Origin: Blochmannia endosymbiont of Camponotus modoc
GTDB lineage: Bacteria; Pseudomonadota; Gammaproteobacteria; Enterobacterales; Enterobacteriaceae
Assembly: GCF_023585785.1 (NCBI RefSeq)
Contig: NZ_CP097765.1
Location: forward strand, 600,001-632,000
DNA: 32,000 bases
Reading direction: 5' to 3'
Shown here: positions 10,482 through 20,619 of the stretch, one piece after another
Layout: each line of letters starts with the position of its first letter
How positions within the stretch are numbered: the first letter of the stretch is position 1
Program-made: the position numbers and the translations under genes
The notes under the pieces: model-generated
Told to the model about the DNA's origin: nothing
What the model saw: only the letters and a program-made list of their open reading frames with translations
Database searches by the model: none

Positions 10482-10922
10482 TTATCTTGCCATATTATTT
10501 TTTTGTTGTATTTCAAGTAAATTGCATACTTCTCTAAAGCTTTTAAGTTGTACATCAGACAAAAGGGAAAATATGCGATCTAAAATGATGTTATGTGTAT
10601 CTTCAGCAATACGTAATTTATCACGTCCTTTTTCTGTAATATAAACGTATTTTACTCTACGATCTGTCAGACTTTGTTGTCGACGTAACATTTCATCTTT
10701 TTCTAATGCATCAAGAACTGTTACAACGGTTCTTGATGAAAACCCCATGTAATTTTTAATGTCTGTTGCGCTGGTTTTTCCGGTAGTAATAAGATGCAAG
10801 ATTTTCATTTTAGACATTGAAAGACCTTCATTAATTAATTGGCCATTTATTTCCTTGCGTAAACGATGATAAATACGAGATAAGGATTCTACCATGTTTG
10901 AAATATCTGTTAATCTATTCAT
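10482..10922 (-). CDS. MarR/SlyA-family winged-helix transcriptional regulator
   Basis: 146 aa; helix-turn-helix-like SATDIKNYMGFSSRTVVTVLDALEKDEMLRR followed by wing motif TDRRVKYVYITEKGRDKL. Confidence 0.85.
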   Translation of the reverse strand: MNRLTDISNMVESLSRIYHRLRKEINGQLINEGLSMSKMKILHLITTGKTSATDIKNYMGFSSRTVVTVLDALEKDEMLRRQQSLTDRRVKYVYITEKGRDKLRIAEDTHNIILDRIFSLLSDVQLKSFREVCNLLEIQQKNNMAR

Positions 10923-11920
10923 AATTATTTGTCTCTATATTGAATCAATAACGATAATAAGACTGTATTTGGCAGTATCAGTTAATAATAGTCTAAAAAT
11001 AGTAATTATTATTTTTTGAAGTATTGTTTATTAAGAATAATAACTTTTCAGACAATTGTTTATATCTGATAATTAATTATTTTTTTTAATTAACTATTGC
11101 AGCGTATACCTCCTAATTTATTGTAATTTTACTAAATTAATATTTTGGTTTTATTAAAAAATAGCAGACATTATTAATTCAGAATATATATATTTTAATA
11201 TTTAATTTGTGTTGTTTTACTATTTATATTTTATCGGAGTTTTTTTAAATTTGAAATATGACTATCGGAAAAATAAAACTTCTTATAGTTTTGTTAAAAA
11301 ATAATTTTTTTATATTTTATGATTTATTTTTAATATTAAAATTCTATATATCTGCAAATAAACAGATCCAAATCAAAAATACAACAATTTTATTATAAAA
11401 TATAAAATAATATTTTATATTTTTATGAAAATAAAAATAAAAAATTATATATTTATATTAAAATAATATTTTTTGTTGAATCATATATTCTCGTATACAT
11501 TCACATTTATTTATAAAAAATAATAATATTAAAGGATATATATCAGTTAATTTATAGTAAAATATTAACTATATAAATTTATATAACACTTAAATAAAAC
11601 GGATTTGAGTACAAAAATTATATTAAAAACTTTTTATTAAAAATAATAATATTAAAACCTAATTTTTTAATAAATGAATCTACTTCATATATATGCATGT
11701 ATATAATAGTTATTGTTTATATATGCATATGTCTCTGTAGTTAAAGTTTAAGTGCATTAAATTTCAGTATTCAATATTACGTTTAATTAGATTAGTTGAT
11801 TAAATGAAACATTATTTGATAAGATTATAATATAATTAAGAATTGCAAAAATTATCAGATTATATGACCAATACAGATTTTAAATATGAAAAGATTTTAT
11901 AGGTGGGTACTCTGATTATA

Positions 11921-12802
11921 TCACTCAATATTTTGAGTTTGCTCACGTATCTGTTCAATAAGTATTTTTAAGGAAATTGCTAATTGAGTAATATAAGAAT
12001 TTATAGATTTAGAAGTTAATGTATTAGCTTCTCTATGTAGTTCTTGTATTACAAAATCTAGTTTCCTACCAACAGCTCCGTTCCCATCGAGAATACGATG
12101 CATCTCTTTGATATGAATAATTAGACGATCTACTTCTTCTGAAATATCAATTTTTTGAGCTACTATTAATAATTCTTGTTCCAATCGTATTGGGTCAGAA
12201 TAAATGCAAACATCTTTCATTTGTTCCAAGAGTGTTTTTCGTCTGCGCTCCAATATATTAGGGATATGTTGATGAATTTTGTTCACTTCAGCATACATTA
12301 GATGTAATCGTTCTATAATTTTATTTTTTAAAAAAATACCTTCTCTTTCTCTATCTTGTATCAAATTATGTAATGTTTCTTTAAAACATATTAATAATTC
12401 GGCATGAATATTATTCATATTATTTAAATTATTTTGTTTATACGTTATTACTCCTGGCCAAGATAAAATATCTATCGGATTAATTTCACCTTCATTAGTT
12501 AATGTTTTTACCCATTTTGCGTATAACACAAGATCATGCACCAATTGTTTATTAACAGTAAATGACTCTGTATTATTGTCGCAATTATTATTTATTTTGA
12601 TATGTAAAGTGCATTCTATCTTCCCCCTAATAATAGAATCTTTAATATTTTTACGAATTACCCATGACAAATTACACAGATATTTAGGTAAATCGATATG
12701 AATATCTAAATAACGTTGATTTAAAGAACAAATTTCCCAGATAACATTACCCCATGTATATTTCACTTCATGCCTTGAGAAAGCGGTCATGCTATGAATC
12801 AT
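11921..12802 (-). CDS. yicC: YicC family protein (YicC-type endoribonuclease)
   Basis: MIHSMTAFSRHEVKYTWGNVIWEICSLNQRYLD matches the YicC N-terminus (start moved to internal Met at 12802); C-terminal KVLIEQIREQTQN-like VE/IEQ region. Confidence 0.93.
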   Translation of the reverse strand: MIHSMTAFSRHEVKYTWGNVIWEICSLNQRYLDIHIDLPKYLCNLSWVIRKNIKDSIIRGKIECTLHIKINNNCDNNTESFTVNKQLVHDLVLYAKWVKTLTNEGEINPIDILSWPGVITYKQNNLNNMNNIHAELLICFKETLHNLIQDREREGIFLKNKIIERLHLMYAEVNKIHQHIPNILERRRKTLLEQMKDVCIYSDPIRLEQELLIVAQKIDISEEVDRLIIHIKEMHRILDGNGAVGRKLDFVIQELHREANTLTSKSINSYITQLAISLKILIEQIREQTQNIE

Positions 12803-13544
12803 AACAATCACCTAAATTTTGTTAATATGTACAAAAATAAACTTTAAAGTTGCAATAATTTTATTTTGTCACGCATTCTTTAATTGAAATTGTTATTTCA
12901 TATATTTATATACATCAATTTAATTTTTAAAAAAAATTCAGATTTTTTTAATGCCTATAAAATTTTATTAATTAAATACATAGTAGTATGCACTATACTA
13001 CTATTGATGATTTTTTATCAAAATTATTGTTTATATTGAAAATATAAATCACTACAATAACACGTTCAATTTTATCTATAAAATAATTAATTTATTATTA
13101 TTTAGTAAAATAGCATAATAAAATATACTAAACATAATACGTTTGAAGTGTATAAAATAAAAGTTTTGTATACGACATATACAAATTTTAAACAATTTTT
13201 ATTGTATTTATTTTTAAGATAATTTTTCATTATAAAATAATTTATGAATTTATAGTAGATTTATATTCCTCATATATATCTTATATAACTTATTTGTTAA
13301 TAATTAAATATAATAAAATATTAAAAAATTATTTTAAAAATAAATAATCATTTGAAATTTAAATCAATCAAATTTATAGACCAATGGTCGTTACCATATA
13401 GCGATTAATAATTATTAATATATATACAAACATTAATATATTTAATTTGATCTTATTATCTTAATGAGATATTTATAATAAAATTATATGTATTGATAAA
13501 TTTAAAATACACATTACACATTATTATGTGTAATTAACAATATT

Positions 13545-13994
13545 TTACATCGAATGCCCAAAACCATGTGACCCACGTTTGGTAGGTATAAATGATTTAA
13601 CTACAGAAAACTTAACTTGAATTATTGGCATAAAAACTAATTGTGCTATTCGTTTCCCAGGATATACAATATACTTTTTTGGCCCACGATTCCATAAAGA
13701 TACTATCAATTCTCCTTGATAATCTGAATCAATTAATCCCACCAAATTTCCTAAAACAATACCATATTTGTGTCCTAAACCTGATCGAGGCAAAATAACA
13801 CCTGCTATTTTTTTATCAGAAATATGTATCGCAATACCGGTAGAAATTAAATGAGTTTTTCCAGGATAAATAGTCAAAGGTTTATCCAAACAAGCTGATA
13901 AATCTAATCCAGCAGATCCTAACGTAGCGTATTTTGGCAAATAAAAATGCTTATAAATACGATTATTAATAATTTTAACATTAATTATTTTCAT
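13545..13994 (-). CDS. dut: dUTP diphosphatase
   Basis: [53 protein letters not shown]; start at internal Met MKIINVKI. Abuts/overlaps coaBC. Confidence 0.96.
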   Translation of the reverse strand: MKIINVKIINNRIYKHFYLPKYATLGSAGLDLSACLDKPLTIYPGKTHLISTGIAIHISDKKIAGVILPRSGLGHKYGIVLGNLVGLIDSDYQGELIVSLWNRGPKKYIVYPGKRIAQLVFMPIIQVKFSVVKSFIPTKRGSHGFGHSM

Positions 13995-15189
13995 TATAAC
14001 GATTAATAATTTCATTAATAAGTTGTTGTGCTAACAATTTTTTTTTTCTTAAAGGCAATATAACACTTCCTTTATTCCAAAATAGATATAAAGCATTATT
14101 ATCACTATTAAATCCTTGGTTCATACGAGAAATATTATTAGCACAAATTAAATCTAAATGTTTACTAATACGTTTATCTTGAGCATATTTTTTTATATTA
14201 TTAGTTTCAGCGGCAAATCCAACGACATAAGGACGATTTTCAATTAACGACCCTACTTCCGCTACGATATCGGGGTTTTTAATCATAATTATTTTTAAAG
14301 TATTTTTATTCTTTTTAATCTTTTCAAGAGAAACATGACAAATACGATAATCTGATACTGCTGCACAACCGATAAAAATTTGTTGATCACTAATGTCTCT
14401 CATAACTGCTTCTTGCATGTCTAACGCGGAAATAACATTAATACGTTGCACTCGAATAGGAGTACGTAAATTTACTGGACCTGCAATTAATGTAACTTTT
14501 GCTCCTTTATCTGCAGCGGCTTGGGCGATAGCAAATCCCATTTTTCCTGAACTATAATTAGTGAAAAAACGAACGGGATCTAAGGCTTCGTGCGTCGGAC
14601 CGGCAGTAATCATGATATTAAGATGACTTAAAGAACTATCATGAGAAAAGTAATGTTTTACGTATTCAGCAAGTACTTTGGGATCCGTCATGCGTCCATA
14701 ACCAATATCATTACAAGCTTGACATCCATAATCTGGTCCCCATATTAAAACCCCTCTTTTTCGTAGAATATCTAAATTTGTTTGAGTTGCAATAGCTTTA
14801 TACATTTGTTGATTCATGGATGGAGCTACAGCAATAGGAGCTGTTGTAGCTAAACATAAACTACATAATAAATCATTAGCTAATCCCACAGATAATCTAG
14901 CTAATAAATTGGCTGTAGCCGGAGCAAGTAAAACTAAATCAGCCCATTTAGCTAACTTTATATGAGGCATTGTAGTTTCTATTTGAGGGGTAAGAAAATT
15001 GTCCAAAACTGGATGACATGATATTGTTTGCAAACTTAAGGGGGTAACGAATTTTTTTGCAGATTTTGTCATGATCACTCTTACTTCTGAACCTTGTTCT
15101 TTTAAACATCGTACAAGATCTATAGTTTTATATGCCGCGATACCACCGCTTACTCCTAATATGATATGTTTATTAATTAATCCCGTCAT
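13981..15189 (-). CDS. coaBC: Bifunctional phosphopantothenoylcysteine decarboxylase / phosphopantothenate-cysteine ligase
   Basis: [26 protein letters not shown]-like [46 protein letters not shown] at 15189 (MTGLINKHI) fits E. coli better than the GTG at 15201. Confidence 0.96.
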   Translation of the reverse strand: MTGLINKHIILGVSGGIAAYKTIDLVRCLKEQGSEVRVIMTKSAKKFVTPLSLQTISCHPVLDNFLTPQIETTMPHIKLAKWADLVLLAPATANLLARLSVGLANDLLCSLCLATTAPIAVAPSMNQQMYKAIATQTNLDILRKRGVLIWGPDYGCQACNDIGYGRMTDPKVLAEYVKHYFSHDSSLSHLNIMITAGPTHEALDPVRFFTNYSSGKMGFAIAQAAADKGAKVTLIAGPVNLRTPIRVQRINVISALDMQEAVMRDISDQQIFIGCAAVSDYRICHVSLEKIKKNKNTLKIIMIKNPDIVAEVGSLIENRPYVVGFAAETNNIKKYAQDKRISKHLDLICANNISRMNQGFNSDNNALYLFWNKGSVILPLRKKKLLAQQLINEIINRYNENN

Positions 15190-15201
15190 ATTATATTTCA
15201 C

Positions 15202-15292
15202 ATGATATTGAAGATGATTTAATTTTATTTATACTAACAAAAACTAACAGTTTTTGTTAGTATAAATAAAATTAAATCATCTTCAATATCAT
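15202..15292. repeat. 43-bp perfect inverted repeat with 5-nt loop, directly upstream of coaBC
   Basis: Left arm 15202-15244 atgatattgaagatgatttaattttatttatactaacaaaaac, loop taaca 15245-15249, right arm 15250-15292 gtttttgttagtataaataaaattaaatcatcttcaatatcat. I paired all 43 positions individually; no mismatch. Confidence 0.97.
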
Positions 15293-15663
15293 TGAATTTC
15301 AGAAAATCTGCAATTACATTGTGCGCAGCATAAAAATCTTATATAATATACCTTAGCCCATTATATATAAAGTAAAAATATATGGGAACATATATAAATA
15401 ATAATAAAAACAAAAATTTAACAACTTAAATCTATTATATTTAGACATATTTGGTGCTATATGAATGTTTAAAATTGTTAATTTTCTTGCGTTTAATAGT
15501 GAAAAATAAAACAACAAATAACAATTATAATATTTTTGGAAATCTTATATTAGGTATTTTAAATAATGTCAAATCTCATAGATTAAAAATCGGAATAAAC
15601 AAAAAATTGTTTTTATTGTTTTGATTATAAATAATTATTCAAACAAAAATTAGAGGAGAACAT

Positions 15664-15894
15664 ATGGCGCGAGTGTGTCAAGTTACCGGAAAACGTCCTA
15701 TGAACGGAAACAAACGTTCTCACGCAATGAACGCAACGAAGCGTTGGTTTTCACCTAATATTCATTCTCATCGTTTCTGGGTAGCAAGTAAGAAACGCTT
15801 CGTTGCGTTACGATTATCTACTAAGGGGATAAAATTAATTGATAAGTTTGGAATTGAATATTTTTTCACAAAAATATATCCTAAAAATAAATAA
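15664..15894 (+). CDS. rpmB: 50S ribosomal protein L28
   Basis: [40 protein letters not shown]; preceded by AGAGGAG ribosome-binding site. Confidence 0.98.
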   Translation: MARVCQVTGKRPMNGNKRSHAMNATKRWFSPNIHSHRFWVASKKRFVALRLSTKGIKLIDKFGIEYFFTKIYPKNK

Positions 15895-15914
15895 TACTCA
15901 TCGAGAATAATGTA

Positions 15915-16082
15915 ATGGCTAAAGAAAAACGAGAAATAATCCGTTTATTTTCTTCTTCTAAGAATGGACATTTTTATAGTACCACAAAAAACAAACGTAT
16001 TGGCTCTGAAAAAATGACATTAAAAAAATTTGATCCGTTTGCACGAAAACATGTAATATATACAGAAAGTAAGAATAGTTAA
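15915..16082 (+). CDS. rpmG: 50S ribosomal protein L33
   Basis: Hand-translated (absent from track): [55 protein letters not shown], 55 aa, 20 nt after rpmB stop. Confidence 0.97.
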   Translation: MAKEKREIIRLFSSSKNGHFYSTTKNKRIGSEKMTLKKFDPFARKHVIYTESKNS

Positions 16083-16110
16083 ATAAAGAAAAGATGCAAA
16101 TTCAACGGCA

Positions 16111-16164
16111 TACTACATAAGCCCCACAGCTCAATATGCATTGAGCTGTGGGGCTTATGTAGTA
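16111..16164. terminator. 24-bp perfect inverted repeat, 6-nt loop, between convergent rpmG and coaD; probable terminator or processing hairpin
   Basis: tactacataagccccacagctcaa - tatgca - ttgagctgtggggcttatgtagta. G+C-rich core in a very A+T-rich context. No T-tract follows, so classical intrinsic termination is uncertain. Confidence 0.6.
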
Positions 16165-16301
16165 TAAATATCTAAAATACTATGCTACTAAGTCTACATT
16201 TAGCAGTTTATGTTCATATGTTTTTATATAGTGTCAACATAAAAAAATTAAGTCTACACGTATAATATAACTCTTCAAATTTTCGAGTTTTGATTTTTTA
16301 G

Positions 16302-16817
16302 TTAGAGAAACGAAATGTTTTTGCTTTTTTTCTCAGTATTGCGCAGTTTTTCAATAACCTTCTCAGCGATAAAATTAGGTATAAAACGATCTATTCTCCC
16401 CCCATATTGAGCAATTTCTTTCACTAATTTAGAAGAAAGGCATGCCCATATATCTGTAGATATCATAAATATAGTCTCTACTTCATTAGAGAAGTAATTA
16501 TTAATTTTTGCAAGTTGTATTTCATATTCAAAGTCTGATCTAGTTCTGAGGCCACGAATTAAAATATTCACTTGTTTTTTTTTCATCACGTTTATAGTGA
16601 GGTCATTAAACCCAAACACTGTTACATGATCTAACGTTGCAGTTGCTTGCTTTGCAAATATTACGCGTTCTTCAAGACTAAACAAAGGATGTTTTTGCGA
16701 ATTTTCAGCTACCGCTAAAAATATTTTATCAAAAATTTTATGTGCTCTAATAATTATATCCAAATGCCCATAAGTTAATGGATCAAAAGTCCCTGGATAC
16801 ATAGCCTGAATTGTCAT
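16302..16817 (-). CDS. coaD: Phosphopantetheine adenylyltransferase
   Basis: AMYPGTFDPLTYGHLDII, LIRGLRTRSDFEYEIQLA, SSKLVKEIA. Confidence 0.96.
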   Translation of the reverse strand: MTIQAMYPGTFDPLTYGHLDIIIRAHKIFDKIFLAVAENSQKHPLFSLEERVIFAKQATATLDHVTVFGFNDLTINVMKKKQVNILIRGLRTRSDFEYEIQLAKINNYFSNEVETIFMISTDIWACLSSKLVKEIAQYGGRIDRFIPNFIAEKVIEKLRNTEKKSKNISFL

Positions 16818-17521
16818 GATATTTTTATAAATTTATGTTTTTGTGAAAATAAAAAGACTATAAAATATGTATATATATTTCAAATATGCTAAACTACATT
16901 TTGTTTATATGAAGATATAATTTTCAGTGAAAATATAGAATGCCAACTTATTAAATAAATCGTATTAGAAAGATTGACGCGAACATAAATAAACTATCAA
17001 AACGTTTTATAAATTAAATTATTTCATACTTATATTTCCATACATAAAAATATTTTTCGTTAACATTTAATACAATATTTATATTAATAATAAAAATACG
17101 ACGATTAGTTGCTACAATGCTACTTAAGTAAGCTAAATAACCATTTCCAGTAATACCTATATCTGCAGCATCATAATAAAAATTTTAAGCATTTCGACTA
17201 TCTTCTACATTAATTCAACATTTTTGTAATTATACATCTCTCCCAAAAAATATAAATAACCTTAATGTTAAATATTTGTTTATATATACATTTACAAGAA
17301 TCACGATAAACATTGTTTTGATTATATGAAAAAATTATATTTTCATTAAAATCATTCTGGGATAACAGCCATGTCTCATTCAACATGTTATAATATATTG
17401 TAGTTTTTAGTCTAATTTTAGGTTATAGTTAATTTAATAAAAAGTTATTTATAAATATTTTAATATTTAATAACAACTGTTATATTAATTTCATAACCAT
17501 TATAAAACATCGTATGACAAG

Positions 17522-18805
17522 TTATTTTTGAACTAATAAATAATTATCTAACAAACCCAATAATTGCTTTAGTGCTCCTTGATTATGCTGCAGCACTTTG
17601 ATGGCTCTATGACCATAGTTTATACGACACTGTTGATTTAGCAGCAACATAGCAACAGCCTTGACTAAGGATTCCGTATCAGTTACTGTAATTAATCCAT
17701 TTGAATTACATAATTTAACACAAATATCATTAAAATTAAAAGTATACGGCCCCATAATCAATGGAATAGAATGCGCAGCTGGCTCCAACGGATTATGTCC
17801 TCCATGTTTTACTAAACTACCCCCAACAAATGCTATATCTGAAACACCATACAGTAACATTAATTCTCCTATAGTATCATTAATGATTACTTGCGTTTCT
17901 TTAGATGGAGCAACCCCGTTACTTTTCATGATATAAGAAAATCCAGCTTGTTCGGTAATTTTTTTTACATTAATAAAACGTTCTGGGTGACGTGGAGCCA
18001 GAATCATCAGTAAATTAGGAAACCTTTTCAAGAGACGTTTATGTGCTTGTAGTAATAATATCTCTTCTCCTGCATGAGTACTGCTAGCTATCCATACCTG
18101 TCGTTTTTTAATCCAAGTTTTTTTTAAAAATGAAATTTTATTTAATAAATCCTGGTTCATTTCAATATCACATTTTAAATTACCTGTAATAAATAATTGA
18201 TTTTTTTTTAATCCTAACTTAATAAATCGAGAAGCGTCTTCTTTATTTTGAGCAGCAATTAAAGTAATACGTTTCATAATTAACGAAATAAAATAACTAA
18301 ATCTCTTATATCCAGTAAAAGAATGACATGACAACCGAGCGTTAGCAATAATGAAAGGAATCTCGCGTTGATATAATATATTTATGAGATTTGGCCATAC
18401 TTCAGTTTCCATAACAATAACTAATCGTGGCTTAAATTGATTAATAAATCGTTTCATAGCACCAGGTAAATCGTAAGGTAAATAATTGCAGTGCGTACTA
18501 TGACTAAATTTAGATCGCGCCAACTCTATGCCTGTGGGAGTCATCGCAGTTAATGTGATTGTTATTTTTGGATAACGCTTCTGTAAAGCACGTATCAGGG
18601 GGATAGCTGCTAATGTTTCTCCTAAGGAAACAGCATGTAAAATGATCCCATCAGATTGGATAGATTTTCTATAAAATCCGTAGCGTTCCAACCAACATTT
18701 ACGATATGATGGCGATTGTCTGCTGCGCCATAATAATCGTATCCATATTATAGGTTGAGCAATATACATTATAATATTATATATTGTAATATATAGTATA
18801 AACAT
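17522..18805 (-). CDS. waaA: 3-deoxy-D-manno-octulosonic acid (Kdo) transferase
   Basis: HAVSLGETLAAIPLI, METEVWPNLI, NARLS, FVGGSLVKHGGHNPLEPAAH. Start probably Met at 18805; alternative at 18817. Confidence 0.96.
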   Translation of the reverse strand: MFILYITIYNIIMYIAQPIIWIRLLWRSRQSPSYRKCWLERYGFYRKSIQSDGIILHAVSLGETLAAIPLIRALQKRYPKITITLTAMTPTGIELARSKFSHSTHCNYLPYDLPGAMKRFINQFKPRLVIVMETEVWPNLINILYQREIPFIIANARLSCHSFTGYKRFSYFISLIMKRITLIAAQNKEDASRFIKLGLKKNQLFITGNLKCDIEMNQDLLNKISFLKKTWIKKRQVWIASSTHAGEEILLLQAHKRLLKRFPNLLMILAPRHPERFINVKKITEQAGFSYIMKSNGVAPSKETQVIINDTIGELMLLYGVSDIAFVGGSLVKHGGHNPLEPAAHSIPLIMGPYTFNFNDICVKLCNSNGLITVTDTESLVKAVAMLLLNQQCRINYGHRAIKVLQHNQGALKQLLGLLDNYLLVQK

Positions 18806-19989
18806 ATAATATCCCAAAATAATCAGTTATTACATTCATAATGATTAATTTAATCATTTTACATGCATTTAACTATATATCAATATCGCTATGTTTTATA
18901 TAATATATTTTAATAGTCGATATTTATATAAATTTTAAAAAATAATTTATCTGAAAAATTATCTATGTTTCTGCTATTTTTAACAATTATGCTTATAGAG
19001 TATTTTTTTATTTTAAATTAAAAAATAATGAATTCTCATAAATATCCTTTAAAAATTAAACATTGTATTGTATACGATAAAACCATTAATTACTGATTTA
19101 ACATTTTTTGAATAATTTAAATAAATTGTTAATTATGACAATAATTAATGATTAGACAATACTTATAAAAACGATATTTATAACAAATAAATTATAAAAA
19201 CTATAAAATCTGATTAATTTTTATATAACTAAAAACTTAAATTAATCATCCAAACAAACACACATAATATAAGCATATTATTTTTTACATTAATAATTTA
19301 TATTAAAATTAATTATATTACAATATTCACAAATGTGAAAATCTTATAATTTTGTTGGTATAAATAAAATTTATTTATTCAAACTTATAAAAATATATAA
19401 AAATTTATTTTACAAATATATACATGCATCATGTATATAATTATTTTTAATATTAAATAATAATTTAGATGCACAACATAAATAATATTTTTAAAAATCA
19501 AATAATAAGATTAAATTGGAGTATGTACTGTATTCTTTTAGTTTTATCATAATTTATCTATTTCCACCGTAACGTAATGATAGACAACCGGACTACTCAT
19601 TCAGAATTAAATTATGTTAAAAACGATTTTTATTTCTGTAGCTTTAAATATTTTGAAGAATTTATTTTTTCTATGTTAAATATATTTACATTTCGATTTT
19701 AAATTATAAGAAATAATCTATATTAATATCATATAACTATGTATAATGAAATACATATTTCCAATATTGTTTACTGCATTATATTATACATAGATCTTTT
19801 CTGATGCAGTATAAAAGTATGATTACTACGTGTATAATATTTTTTAGTATTGCTGCATAATTACCAGTTACTATATTAATTTTTTTAGATATTATATATA
19901 AATTACGTGTAAAATAAATGTTAATTACTTTATCGGATTTGATTGCAAATTCATGTTATTATATTTCTAATTATATCTTATTATTTTGT

Positions 19990-20017
19990 TTATGCTGATA
20001 AAATTTTATCAGCATAA
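19990..20017. repeat. 28-bp perfect palindrome in the waaA-waaC spacer
   Basis: ttatgctgataaaattttatcagcataa; each half is the reverse complement of the other. Confidence 0.9.
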
Positions 20018-20619
20018 TAAAACAGTCAATTTATTCGTAAAAAATGAATTTTTAGTAAAATTTCAACAATAAAATTAACAGTATCATGTATTTTAATTGT
20101 AATTTTTTCAAAAAAATAATAAAAATATATTTTTATTTAATCGAAAAATTAATATTTATTATTATTTGAAAGTTTTAATTTTCCTTAAATAATATTAAAT
20201 AGTTAAAATAACAAATACGCACAATGAAAATGTTCAAAAATTTAATATTTGAGAATTATATTCAAGTTTTATACCGATATAATTGTAAGAATATGCTAAT
20301 ACTAACATGATGAAGAAATTTTGGTGTTGTTTGTAAAACAAGCATTCATTCATTAATTAGATCTAATAATTTGAAGTAGTTTATAATTGAATGTTAAATG
20401 ATATTAATTTAAAAATATTGATATTCATCAATAAACAATATAATTTTTTTAGATATTATTCCTTTTATAAGAATACAATTATTTACTTTTAAACCATATA
20501 AACACTATCGTTCCTAACGGGTAGATATCTTTTTATTTATCAAAAAAAAATATCAATTTATAATTAAAGAATTAAAATTAATATAAGGTTTATATGAACA
20601 AGTTTAAGAAAAATGTTTT

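Noticed and set aside
12980-13004. 10-bp inverted repeat atagtagtat-gcact-atactactat upstream of yicC
   Set aside because: Short A+T-rich dyad with no positional support; comparable dyads are expected by chance.
17661-17936. 91-aa plus-strand ORF inside waaA
   Set aside because: Antisense shadow of the conserved GGSLVKHGGHNPLEPAAH region of WaaA.
19577-19705. 42-aa plus-strand ORF (MIDNRTTHSELNYVKNDFYFCSFKYFEEFIFSMLNIFTFRF)
   Set aside because: Short, no recognisable motif or convincing RBS; could be chance in a 1.8-kb A+T-rich spacer.
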